Below are positions 16,960 to 26,344 of a DNA stretch of 64,000 nt, one piece after another (position 1 is the stretch's first letter; every line of letters begins with the position of its first letter). Location of the stretch: assembly GCA_045106895.1 (NCBI GenBank), contig JBGCFM010000010.1, forward strand, positions 1 to 64,000, read 5' to 3'. The stretch comes from Polyangiales bacterium. Its GTDB lineage: Bacteria; Myxococcota_A; Polyangia; Polyangiales; Houyiibacteriaceae. Position numbers and translations under genes: made by a program. The notes under the pieces are model-generated. The model did not search any database. It saw only the letters and a program-made list of their open reading frames with translations, and was not told the origin of the DNA.

Positions 16960-17705
16960 ACCTTCCTTCGTTGCCGCTCCTGACGGAGAGAGAGCCCGCT
17001 GAGCTTCTTGTCCACGATGGAGAAGAGGCGTGCTCCTATTTGCCGGACCGCTCCGCGCGCCTTCCTCTTCGTTTGCCCGTTCGAAGGCTGAGCGGGGCAG
17101 AGCTCGATGCGCGTTTGTTTGAAGGTGACCGTCGTCACGGGATGCTGCTTTACCGGCCGACCTGTGAAGCGTGTCACGCCTGCGAGGCGATCCGCCTGGA
17201 CGTCGATGCGTACCGCTTCTCGAAGACTCAGCGAAGAATCCTGCGCAAGAACGACCAGCGTCTTCGCATCGAGGTGGGACCAGCCCGTGCTGATCCCAAA
17301 GCTGTCGCGCTCTACGACAAGCACCGCTACGGGCGGGGTCTCGACAGCGCACGCTCGAAGCCCATGGATGTCGTGTCGTATGAGCGTTTTCTCGTCGAAC
17401 GCTGCTGCCAGAGCTACGAGATGCGTTTCTTTCTCGGCGATGAGGTCGTGGCTATCGCGATCGTCGATGAAGGCGCCGCTGCGCTCTCCGCGGTCTATTG
17501 CCACCACGACCCGGAGCACGCTTCGATGAGCCTCGGCACGTACGCCATCCTCAAGCAGATCGAGGCAGCGCGTCACGATGGGAAGCGTTTCCTCTACCTG
17601 GGGCTCTACGTCAGCGGTTGCGGCCCCATGGAATACAAGGCGCGCTTTCGCCCTCACGAACGACTCATCGACGAACGGTGGACGCGCTTCGAGAAGCAGG
17701 CCTAA
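16956..17705 (+). CDS. bpt: ATE-like aminoacyl-tRNA-protein transferase (Bpt family)
   Basis: CSYLP, YRPTC..C..C, LSAVYC..DP, SLGTYAILKQI, YLGLYV..C..M.YK..F.P.E. Confidence 0.9.
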   Translation: MNLPSLPLLTEREPAELLVHDGEEACSYLPDRSARLPLRLPVRRLSGAELDARLFEGDRRHGMLLYRPTCEACHACEAIRLDVDAYRFSKTQRRILRKNDQRLRIEVGPARADPKAVALYDKHRYGRGLDSARSKPMDVVSYERFLVERCCQSYEMRFFLGDEVVAIAIVDEGAAALSAVYCHHDPEHASMSLGTYAILKQIEAARHDGKRFLYLGLYVSGCGPMEYKARFRPHERLIDERWTRFEKQA

Positions 17706-17717
17706 CACCGTTTCGAT

Positions 17718-18605
17718 TCAGAGCTCGCTCTCGCCGACGCCTCCGCGCCGTCGCCAGTCGCCGCTGACGATACGCGGCCCGTCGTAGCCAGGACGGAGAA
17801 CGTAGGTCCAGGCGAGCTCTCCGCCCACCTCGCAGAGGGTGCGTTCGTACATCGAACGCGGCATCGCCGCGAGGAGATCGTCGTACCCGAAGAAGTCTTC
17901 CACGGCGTCAAGTTCGCGAAGGACGCTCGGCATGTGCGCGGCGTCGAGTTCGACGAGCTCGCCGAGGACGCGGGCTTCGGGGTGCGTGGGAACCTGGCGC
18001 ATGCCGGGGTAGTCGCCGTATTCCGATAGGTCCAAGAGGCACATCCCGCCGAGGTGAGCCGGCGCGACAGAGCCCGCGCGGAGGAAGCGCTCCCGAGACT
18101 CCCCGCGCATCAACGTGCCGTAGACGAAGAGTCGATTTACGGGTCTGGGTGGACGCTTCGTCGCGGCACGCCGCAGGTTTTCGTCGTCGTGTGCAAAGGC
18201 CGCATACCCCTTGCTGACGATCTGGAGGTACTCCGCGGTGGGAGCGATGAACCGCTCTCGTCTCTCCTCCCGTACGCAGTAGGTGAAGGCACGAAGCAGC
18301 GCGCCTTCGCAGGCGACGATGACGTCGCGCCGCTCATAGTTGACCCCCGCGGACTCCTTCTCATCGAGCACCGAGACCTGGTCTGGGCTGAGGTCGAAGA
18401 GCGCGCCTGCGCAAGCGTGCCCAAGGGAAGCCGCCGCATCGAGGGCGCCTCCTTGGCGGCTCGTCGAATGGTAGTGAAAGGCGGGCAGGTAATCAGGGAG
18501 CTGCGCCGCGCGCCCGGGCAGTTCGAAGGGACGATGTCCATGCGCCGTGCAGTACCTCGCGAGGTCCTTCGCGTGAAGGTTCGAGCCGTAGGCGAAATAG
18601 AGCAT
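17718..18605 (-). CDS. Tandem gamma-glutamylcyclotransferase (GGCT/AIG2-like) protein
   Basis: Two motif sets: YFAYGSNL..LDEKE and LFVYGTLM..LDAVE; ATG at 18605 overlaps upstream stop. Confidence 0.85.
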   Translation of the reverse strand: MLYFAYGSNLHAKDLARYCTAHGHRPFELPGRAAQLPDYLPAFHYHSTSRQGGALDAAASLGHACAGALFDLSPDQVSVLDEKESAGVNYERRDVIVACEGALLRAFTYCVREERRERFIAPTAEYLQIVSKGYAAFAHDDENLRRAATKRPPRPVNRLFVYGTLMRGESRERFLRAGSVAPAHLGGMCLLDLSEYGDYPGMRQVPTHPEARVLGELVELDAAHMPSVLRELDAVEDFFGYDDLLAAMPRSMYERTLCEVGGELAWTYVLRPGYDGPRIVSGDWRRRGGVGESEL

Positions 18606-20032
18606 CAGGGCACGTCGATGGAGCGTTGCTGAACGACGACGCCGGGCGCGCCCATCGCGCCGCCTTCGCCGCCACCCGCGCCGGCCTCGCCACCTTCCGT
18701 CATCAACGTTCCAGCGAACGAGGACGCCCGGAGGAACACCGCGATGGCCGGGCCGCCCTGACCGCCGCCGCCCGTTCCGCCGGGCGCGCCTTGTCCGCCG
18801 TTGCCTCCGCGTCCGCCTCTGCCCGCGATCGCTTCTCCGCCGCTCTGGCCGTCGCCGCCGGGGCCACCGGGGCCACCAGGGCCGCCATCTCCGCCATCTC
18901 CGCCGCGACCCAAGATCACCAGCACCTCCCCGTCGAGGGTCACATCCGACTGAAACGCGACGATGCCGAAGGAGCCTCCTCCGCCGCCGCCGCCGAGGCC
19001 GCCGCTCCCGCCGCATCCGCCGCCGCCGCCGCCGCCGCCGACGTTGTACACGCCAAAGTTCCCAGCGCCGCCGCCGCCTCCGCCGCCGCCGGCCGCGCCC
19101 GCGGCGCCGATCTCACCGTCGACGGGCTGAAACTCTGCGTCCGCCGAGATGCCGCCGCCGCCGCCGCCGCCCGCACCCGAAGCGGTTTCACCCGCTCCCG
19201 GGGCGCCGTCACCGCCGCCGCCGCCATTGCCGCCGGACCCCGCGTTGCCACCTTGGCCAAAGTCACCGACGGCTCCTTCGCCGTCTGCGCCCGGACGTGG
19301 CCCGCCGGATGTTTCGCCGCCGGTGCCCCCACGCGTGCACGTGTCGCCGCCTGAGCGCCTTCCATCATCCCCACCATCTTCGCCGGCGGCTCCTTCGTCG
19401 CCCGTTCCTCCGGCGGCGCCTGTGACTCCGTCGCCTGCTCGGATCACCGAGTCCCGAACGATGAGCTCGGTCTCGATGACCTGGATTCCGTAGCTGCTGG
19501 CCCCGGTTTCGTCCGTCGTTCCGGTGTCGAGCGACAAGCCCTCCAGTTCCACGCGAATACGCCCCGAGCCTTGAATGTGCATCACTCGGGGGCCGGGAGC
19601 GCGCACCTCGGTCTTGCACCCCAGCATCTCGAAGCCATCGCAGTAGCCGCCGCGGATGAACACGCTCTCGGAGACGGTTAGCGCTTCTTCGAAGGGACCC
19701 TCGGAGACGCAGATGACTGGCGGCATCATCGCGAGGGCCGCGCTGAGAGTCGCCAGTGGCGCGTCTGCTTCTCCACTCGCCTCGTCCGAGCCGCCGACCG
19801 CCACGTGCACAGTGCAGTCCATCGGAAGAGAGACGACGGGCACGTCGGGCAGCTCAGGGATGTCGGTGCCAGCATCGAAGACATCTGGCATCACGAGCAC
19901 GTCGGAGTTCGTGGGGCCACTGTCGCGAAGGCGGACATCCGGGCCCACATCCTCAGCCGCCGTGGGCAGCAGACCGGTGTGGTCAATGGAGCATGCGGTC
20001 GTGAAGAGTAGAAGAGAAACAGCCCACCGCAT
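18605..20032 (-). CDS. Gly-rich (PGRS-like) lipoprotein with DUF1565-like beta-helix region
   Basis: MRWAVSLLLFTTAC; VHVA..G.D...G....PLATL..A; GxxG and poly-G runs. Confidence 0.8.
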   Translation of the reverse strand: MRWAVSLLLFTTACSIDHTGLLPTAAEDVGPDVRLRDSGPTNSDVLVMPDVFDAGTDIPELPDVPVVSLPMDCTVHVAVGGSDEASGEADAPLATLSAALAMMPPVICVSEGPFEEALTVSESVFIRGGYCDGFEMLGCKTEVRAPGPRVMHIQGSGRIRVELEGLSLDTGTTDETGASSYGIQVIETELIVRDSVIRAGDGVTGAAGGTGDEGAAGEDGGDDGRRSGGDTCTRGGTGGETSGGPRPGADGEGAVGDFGQGGNAGSGGNGGGGGDGAPGAGETASGAGGGGGGGISADAEFQPVDGEIGAAGAAGGGGGGGGAGNFGVYNVGGGGGGGGCGGSGGLGGGGGGGSFGIVAFQSDVTLDGEVLVILGRGGDGGDGGPGGPGGPGGDGQSGGEAIAGRGGRGGNGGQGAPGGTGGGGQGGPAIAVFLRASSFAGTLMTEGGEAGAGGGEGGAMGAPGVVVQQRSIDVP

Positions 20033-20105
20033 GAGTGAGCATAGCCCGGCCAACAAGCGCGCGCGACCTTGGCCTGAAGCGAAGTCTGTCGTATGGCCGG
20101 GGGTG

Positions 20106-21644
20106 ATGAGATGTTTCCGCGGCTTCATGGTCCTATATCTAGTGGTTCTCGGCGCATGCGACACCGCGCCAGACGAGGGCCCCGTCTCCCCCGCGCCGCC
20201 TCCTCGGCCTTCGGCGGATCGTTTGGCGGCGGAGCTTGACTCCGTCCTGATCATTGGCGGCGGCGCGGACCCGGCATCGACACAAATTTCGTTGGCTCAA
20301 GACGTACGACTCGCGAGGGACACGTTTGTGCATCTCGGTGCGGACCCCAGCGTCCTTTTCGGCAGCGGAGATGGAAGTCTCGTCCAACGTTCAACGGACG
20401 TCGCGCCATCGTCGCTGCGCGAGGAGCTCGCCGACTTCTTTGACCCTCGCGACCGTGCCGTTCTCTACGAGTCCTTCGACGTTCGAGCCGCGGGGCCCGC
20501 GGACGCGGACATGGTGCTTTCTCTTGTGACGTCATTGCCGCCTCAGCCGGAGCCACGTTTCTTTTTTCTCGCAGGACACGGAGAACGAGGCGATGAGCCA
20601 TGGGACGCGATTATCCGGCTCTGGGGAGATGTTCCTTTGAGCGTCCCAGAGTTTGCGGAGGCTCTTGGCGAGGCGCCGACGCGTGTGGTCATCACCAGCT
20701 GCTTCGGCGGTGGTTTCGCGAGCCTCTTTTTTCGTGATGGCCGCCCACCCGCAGGCGATGTTCAGGCGTCCGATGTGATGCCGAATCGATGTGGGTTCTT
20801 CGCGAGCACTTGGGATCGGGAAGCCAGCGGCTGCGACCCGAATCCAGAGCGCGCCCAGCAGCAGGGGTACGCCATGCACTTTCTCCACGCCCTCGAAGGC
20901 GAGGACCGCGACGGCGAGGAGTTCGACGTGGACTTCGACCATGACGGTCAGGTCACAATGCTCGAAGCCCACACGCGCGCGCGAATTGCGGACCGCTCGT
21001 TCGATGTCCCATCGACGACGTCGGAGCTGTTTCTTCGAATGGTCGCGGGCAAGCCGGTCTCCGGCGTTCACGAAGCGGCCGACGGCGCACCCGAAGACGC
21101 CGCTGAAACCGGCGCGGAACCTCCGCCAGAAGCGCCTCCCGAAGCTGAGGAGGCGGCGGTCATCGCTGCCCTCGGCGCAGAGCTTGGGCTGCCGAGCGCA
21201 ACAGCGGTGACCTCACGCGTCGAGGCGCTTCGGGACGCAATCGCCGAGCAGGAGGGAACCCACAGTGCGATTCAGGAGAGAGCTGACTACGCCTACTACA
21301 GCCTGCGTATTCGACTTCTCGAGCGCTGGCCGTTTCTCGACGACCCCTGGCATGGAGAGCACGCGGCGCTCATGGCGCGGGAGAGTTCTGCCATCGAAGC
21401 TGTGCTTCATGACTCGGTGGAGGCGCGCGAGTACGCGGAGTCCCTTCGGGACCAAGAACGAGTCGCTGCGGACTACGATGAACTCCAGGTCCAGCTGGCT
21501 CGGGCCCTAGTCCTCTCGCGCGCCTACGAGAACGTGGCTCTCACAGCACTATTGCGAGCTCAGGGCGGAGAGCTTTGGCAAACGTATGAAGCCCTTCGAG
21601 CGTGCGAGCGGGTGCCACCGAGCACGTTCGCCAGCGCAGAATAG
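20106..21644 (+). CDS. Caspase/legumain-fold (clan CD) peptidase-like lipoprotein
   Basis: Lipobox LGAC; FFFLAGHG and VITSCFGGGF His/Cys dyad; DFDHDGQVT EF-hand-like loop; coiled C-terminus. Confidence 0.75.
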   Translation: MRCFRGFMVLYLVVLGACDTAPDEGPVSPAPPPRPSADRLAAELDSVLIIGGGADPASTQISLAQDVRLARDTFVHLGADPSVLFGSGDGSLVQRSTDVAPSSLREELADFFDPRDRAVLYESFDVRAAGPADADMVLSLVTSLPPQPEPRFFFLAGHGERGDEPWDAIIRLWGDVPLSVPEFAEALGEAPTRVVITSCFGGGFASLFFRDGRPPAGDVQASDVMPNRCGFFASTWDREASGCDPNPERAQQQGYAMHFLHALEGEDRDGEEFDVDFDHDGQVTMLEAHTRARIADRSFDVPSTTSELFLRMVAGKPVSGVHEAADGAPEDAAETGAEPPPEAPPEAEEAAVIAALGAELGLPSATAVTSRVEALRDAIAEQEGTHSAIQERADYAYYSLRIRLLERWPFLDDPWHGEHAALMARESSAIEAVLHDSVEAREYAESLRDQERVAADYDELQVQLARALVLSRAYENVALTALLRAQGGELWQTYEALRACERVPPSTFASAE

Positions 21645-21699
21645 GTCCGGCCAGCTCGGACGCGCACGGGCTCGCTTACATCCTTCTACCTCTCCCACA

Positions 21700-22665
21700 A
21701 TGTCTCACGTGAGATCGCAAAAAGCCGTGATAGCGATGGAGAAAGAGGCGTGGCATAACTTGTTCTCCATGAGGGCCGATGAGCAGGTGAAGGATTCTGT
21801 GGAAGAGTCCGCCGATCGAGATGACGCGGGCCAGACCGCGGAGGTCCCCACCATGACCTTCGACGATGCCAAGAAGGCCCTCGGCGAGGACGTGAACAGG
21901 CCCGGGCTGGATGAGCAGCCGACCCGGAAGATCGCGGCGCTGAGCGCAGACGACGCAGAGAAAGTGTCCGGCGAGCGTCGGTCGGTGCGGGTGTTCAAGC
22001 ACCCCTCCAAACCACCTCCGCCACGCCTGGAGCTCCCCCTCGCCACCGCTCAGTTTCAAGCCATCGATGAGGAGCTTCTGCCCGATGCTCCTGCGCCGGC
22101 ACGAACAAGGTCACGCGGACCCATCACCGCCGCGGCGCTTCTGTTTGCTGCTGCGACGGGTGCGGCGCTGGCTTGGGCAACCCACAGCCCTACGCCCGCT
22201 GGGGCGGCGCTCGCCTCGCCACCCAGCGTAACCCAGCCTGCGGAAGAGCCTCCGGCCGAGACACCACCGGCTGCAGCTGAGGAGACGCCTGCGACGGAGC
22301 CGCCGGCATCGCAAGAACCGACCGAAACGAGCGCTCAAGCGAACCCAGAGCAGGCGGGGTCGGAACGCGCCGAGTCGCTCCTCGAAGAGGCGGAGGGCCT
22401 TCGCGGCGGTGAGCGACTCGCGGCCCTTGAGGCAGCTGCCGCGGCAGACTCATCCAACCCGCACGCCGCGGCTGCATTAGCTGAGTTCCACATGGAGAAC
22501 GATCCGCACGAGGCGCTTGAGTGGGCTCTGCAAGCGGCGCAGCTTCGTCGTCGGCGCGCGAGCTACCAGGACTTGGTCGCCGACGCCTACGAACGAATCG
22601 GCAACATGAACGATGCCGCCCATGCCCGGGCGACCGCCGCCTCTTTGCGAGAAGGCAACGACTAA
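21700..22665 (+). CDS. Single-pass membrane protein with Pro-rich linker and TPR-like C-terminus (start uncertain)
   Basis: TM ITAAALLFAAATGAALAWA; helical TPR-like tail. Confidence 0.65.
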   Translation: MSHVRSQKAVIAMEKEAWHNLFSMRADEQVKDSVEESADRDDAGQTAEVPTMTFDDAKKALGEDVNRPGLDEQPTRKIAALSADDAEKVSGERRSVRVFKHPSKPPPPRLELPLATAQFQAIDEELLPDAPAPARTRSRGPITAAALLFAAATGAALAWATHSPTPAGAALASPPSVTQPAEEPPAETPPAAAEETPATEPPASQEPTETSAQANPEQAGSERAESLLEEAEGLRGGERLAALEAAAAADSSNPHAAAALAEFHMENDPHEALEWALQAAQLRRRRASYQDLVADAYERIGNMNDAAHARATAASLREGND

Positions 22666-22700
22666 GCTTTGCGTTGCGCTTCATGAAGTACGCCGGCTCC

Positions 22701-23318
22701 ATGAAGTGGCTCTTCGTTCTCATCATCGTCGCGTGCTCCAGCGCTCGCGTAGACCAGCGTCAGACCTCTGCGCTTAGTGAGCCGCCGCGTTTGGTGGCGC
22801 TCGCTGAGGCGCCTGACACCGTCGGCGATGAGGCTCCACGCACACGTGTCGGGTTCGTGGACGGCCAAGGGAACATCACTGAGCACGACCAAGGGGCTCA
22901 GCTCTTCGTTGAGCGTTTTCGGGACGGCGCCGCCCTCGTCGACTCCGAGCGGCGCCTGTACCAGGTCTGGCCGTTCGAGCGTCGGATGCTCGCGGCGAAT
23001 GTGTCCGCCCTCGCGAGTGACGGAGAACACCTGGTGTACGTCACGCAGAACCCGGATGGGCTCTCCATTCGACTTCACGACGGAGCCTCGGAGCGTGTCC
23101 TCGCGCGGGGCCTCGCCTCCGCCGGCGTCTTGAAGATCGAAGCCGAGCGAGTCCTCTTCGTCGGTGCGGCGAACGGTGGTGTCGCCGGCGTGTGGCAGGT
23201 GAGCTTCAACGGCAACGAAGCGCACTGCGCCACCAACTGTGACCTCCGCACCGGTGAGCCGTGGGGTGATGCTTTCGTTCCGCCGCCCACCGAGCCCACG
23301 CTCCTGGAGATCCCGTGA
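22701..23318 (+). CDS. Hypothetical lipoprotein
   Basis: MKWLFVLIIVAC; beta-rich; stop overlaps M23 start (GTGA). Confidence 0.7.
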   Translation: MKWLFVLIIVACSSARVDQRQTSALSEPPRLVALAEAPDTVGDEAPRTRVGFVDGQGNITEHDQGAQLFVERFRDGAALVDSERRLYQVWPFERRMLAANVSALASDGEHLVYVTQNPDGLSIRLHDGASERVLARGLASAGVLKIEAERVLFVGAANGGVAGVWQVSFNGNEAHCATNCDLRTGEPWGDAFVPPPTEPTLLEIP

Positions 23319-24508
23319 GCCTTCGGGTCTTCGCGCTCGCCTGCGGCGCGCTCGGTGCCGTGCTCGTCGGGAACGCAGGCGCCGACGCACAGACTTTTCG
23401 GAGTCCTCTTGAGTGCTCGGGTTGCATTGGACTGTGGAACTACTTTGACCAAGACGCGACCGGCGGCACGCGTGACTGGAACTGCCAGAGCGCGACGTAC
23501 GATGGGCACCGCGGAACGGACCTCGCGATCAACGGATCGAACGGCGCCATCGACGATGGGTTCAATGTCGTCGCCGCCGCGAACGGCGTCGTCGTCGCCG
23601 CCCAAGATGGACACTTTGATCGTTGCCGTACATGCAACGCGAGCGTCGACTCACGGTGTGGACTTGGGTTTGGCGGTGGCTTTGGTAACCACATCGTCGT
23701 CAACCACGGCCCGTACCGCGTAATCTACGCTCACCTGCGCACCGGCAGCGTACGTGTGTCTGTTGGCGACACGGTGAGTTGTGGAGAGGCCATCGGCCAG
23801 GTCGGGTCGAGCGGCTGTAGCACCGGAGCTCACCTACACTTTGAGACGCGCACGGACGTCGGTAGAACGAGCGCCTTCGACCCCTTCGAAGGAGCGTGCT
23901 CCCCCGGCGCGTCTCGATGGACGTCGCAAGGACCTCACCGTGGATTGCCGAGCGCCGAGTGCGACGGAGCGCCCCCCGCATGTCCCGGTGGGACCTACGA
24001 GATCTGGACCTGCAACGCGGAGCGTACCCAGCGCCGGCGCTGTATCGACGGCATGGACACCATCGAGCCTTGCCCGTACGGATGCCAGTCGATGCCCGTC
24101 GGTACCGATGACATCTGCTCGCCAGCACCGGACTCCGATGGTGACGGCTCTCCGGCGGACGAAGACTGTGACGACGCCGACCCTGGGCGTCGGCCGGGCT
24201 TGATGGAGGTCTGCGAAGACGGGGTTGACCAAGACTGCGATGGCTCCGACGCGCTCTGTCCCGGAAGCGACGCTGGACCAGGGTCCCCGGACGCAGGCCC
24301 ATCGTTCGACGGTGGTCTCGGCTTCGACGGTGGCACGCGAGACGGCGACGCGGGCGGCCAGGTTGATGTCGGCGCCGATGAGCGCGGGGAGACCGGGACG
24401 CTCACCTCCGGTTGCAGCTGCCGCGTGGGGGCGAGGCGAAGTTCGCCGGTGGGCCTCGGTTTCGGTCTTGCCGGTTTCGCGCTCTTTGTGCGTCTCCGTC
24501 GCCGGTGA
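23315..24508 (+). CDS. Peptidase M23 with Cys-rich/MopE-like repeat and MYXO-CTERM
   Basis: YDGHRGTD (HxxxD), YAHL, HLHFE (HxH); SGCSC..TM..RLRRR. Confidence 0.9.
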   Translation: MSLRVFALACGALGAVLVGNAGADAQTFRSPLECSGCIGLWNYFDQDATGGTRDWNCQSATYDGHRGTDLAINGSNGAIDDGFNVVAAANGVVVAAQDGHFDRCRTCNASVDSRCGLGFGGGFGNHIVVNHGPYRVIYAHLRTGSVRVSVGDTVSCGEAIGQVGSSGCSTGAHLHFETRTDVGRTSAFDPFEGACSPGASRWTSQGPHRGLPSAECDGAPPACPGGTYEIWTCNAERTQRRRCIDGMDTIEPCPYGCQSMPVGTDDICSPAPDSDGDGSPADEDCDDADPGRRPGLMEVCEDGVDQDCDGSDALCPGSDAGPGSPDAGPSFDGGLGFDGGTRDGDAGGQVDVGADERGETGTLTSGCSCRVGARRSSPVGLGFGLAGFALFVRLRRR

Positions 24509-26344
24509 CTACGACTCGGCGTCCTCGAGCGCTGGCGTGTTCCAACGAAAGTGGTCCACGACGACCACCTCGGCGTCTTTCGCGAGGGGGTCTTCAAGGC
24601 CCAAGACCCAGCCATCGACGGTGCCGTCGGCCTGAATGCGAAAGCGAATGAAGTGTTTATAGCCGGGGTGGGCGAGGGCGGTGAACGCCTGAGACTCCTC
24701 GATACCAAAACGTGTCAGCGCGGCGAGGTACGCGCCGAAGGTGAAGCCGCCGAAGAGAACCGCGAGGAGCAGGGCCAAGGTCCCGCTGAGCCAGGTGCTT
24801 AGCTCGAACACGAAACGTTCCTCGGCCCAGCCCACGAGAAATGCCGTGAGCGCGGGGACGAGTCCCGTCGAGACGCCAGCGATCAACGCAAGACCTGTGA
24901 CCTTCGCTCGAGGAGGGTTTCGGACGCCGCCGAGACCGGCGTAGATCAGAAAGGTCACAAAAGCGGCGACCATCGATGCGCTCACCATGCCCGCGTGACG
25001 GCCCCAAAAACCACCGACTCCCAACGCCGGCGCGTAAAGAAGGAGCATGACCACGTGAGGGATCAGCCCCGCGCGCCCGGACATCACGTGAAGCGCCGCA
25101 CCCCTCAAGATCGACTTCGACTGCGCCCGGTTCGGCCACTCCACGTCGGCTTGGCTTCGGTCGTCACGGGCGATGGGCGCTGGATGAAGGAACGCACCAC
25201 CGCCGCCAGCGGTGATGTGTGTGGTCTTCCCGAGAGACTCACGTCGGTAGTGGTGGATGTCGCCGGAGATGACGAGGGCCTCCTCTTCTTCGAGCTCAAG
25301 GCCTAGCCGCTCGACGGTGTCGACGCCGGTCTTGCTCGGCTTTCCGAAGGCGAGGACGGGGTCCGGAAGCAAGACCCATGGTTTGACGTTCGGGCGACGT
25401 CGCCGGCGTTTTCGAAAGAACTCAACCTGTTGTCCGTCGATACGACGAAGCTGCCGGTCGACGCCCCAGAGGTCCACGTTGGGTGCGAGAGGGACGCACC
25501 AATAGCTCGCGCTCTGGACAGGGCGGTAGCCGTGAATGAGCACGGCGTCGATCTTGGAGCGCTCTTCGCCCGCGACGAAGCTCCCAACGAAGTCCACGGC
25601 ATGTTCGATGACGCCACCGTCGATTTTCTCCATGGAGGGAAGGATGTCGTCGTCTTCGCCCCACCGCTTTCGACGGAACATGCGCGAGAAGCCATCCAGC
25701 CCGTCGTACCAGTCGTGGTTGCCCGGGATTCCCAAGAGCACGCGCGTCTGTCTATCGCCCCCCACGGCGCGCCCGGCGCGGTTGAAGGGCACACTGACGC
25801 GGTCATGAATCTCTTGAACCGTCGCGACGGGGTAAGCGGTGTCGCCGCCGAACACGAGGAGCTCACCCCGAGGCGCCGAGACGGTCTCGCCGCCTTCTCT
25901 TGCCTCTTCGCTTGGGAGCGGAAGCTCGTAGCGAGACATGACCATTCGGGCGACGGCTTCGGTCACCAGCGGCTGCTCACCGGTGTCCGCCAGGTAGTCC
26001 ATCCAGACATCGCGTCCGAGCGCCGCCGTCAAGCTCTTGGCCTGGATGTCGCCGCCTAGACGCTTGACCATGCGGCGCAAGAGCTGGTCCGGCGGGTCCG
26101 CCATCATCCAGTCACGTGCATCGATGCCGTCGGTGGCGATGGCGCTCGCGACGAAGTGGCGTAGATGCCCCCAGAGTGAACGAAAGCCGTACCAGGCGAT
26201 GCCTGAGGGTATGGACTTACGCCGCGTGAATCGACGCCGCACCCGCGCAAGGGCGGCTGTCGGCGTGAGCGGCGGAGCGGGCGAGGCCTTCGCCAATGTC
26301 CTCGGTGCGCGCGAGGGACGACGTGGGCGCATGGAGTGCGTCAC
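24509..26344 (-). CDS. Membrane calcineurin-like metallophosphoesterase
   Basis: ADTG, GGDTAY, PGNHDWYD, SGDIHHY; ~4 C-terminal TMs; GTG at 26344 overlaps upstream stop. Confidence 0.85.
   Translation of the reverse strand: MTHSMRPRRPSRAPRTLAKASPAPPLTPTAALARVRRRFTRRKSIPSGIAWYGFRSLWGHLRHFVASAIATDGIDARDWMMADPPDQLLRRMVKRLGGDIQAKSLTAALGRDVWMDYLADTGEQPLVTEAVARMVMSRYELPLPSEEAREGGETVSAPRGELLVFGGDTAYPVATVQEIHDRVSVPFNRAGRAVGGDRQTRVLLGIPGNHDWYDGLDGFSRMFRRKRWGEDDDILPSMEKIDGGVIEHAVDFVGSFVAGEERSKIDAVLIHGYRPVQSASYWCVPLAPNVDLWGVDRQLRRIDGQQVEFFRKRRRRRPNVKPWVLLPDPVLAFGKPSKTGVDTVERLGLELEEEEALVISGDIHHYRRESLGKTTHITAGGGGAFLHPAPIARDDRSQADVEWPNRAQSKSILRGAALHVMSGRAGLIPHVVMLLLYAPALGVGGFWGRHAGMVSASMVAAFVTFLIYAGLGGVRNPPRAKVTGLALIAGVSTGLVPALTAFLVGWAEERFVFELSTWLSGTLALLLAVLFGGFTFGAYLAALTRFGIEESQAFTALAHPGYKHFIRFRIQADGTVDGWVLGLEDPLAKDAEVVVVDHFRWNTPALEDAES

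Noticed and set aside
18605..19440. Mycobacterial PE_PGRS gene or horizontal transfer
   Set aside because: No PE domain; it has a lipoprotein signal, and Gly-rich proteins of this kind are common in myxobacteria.
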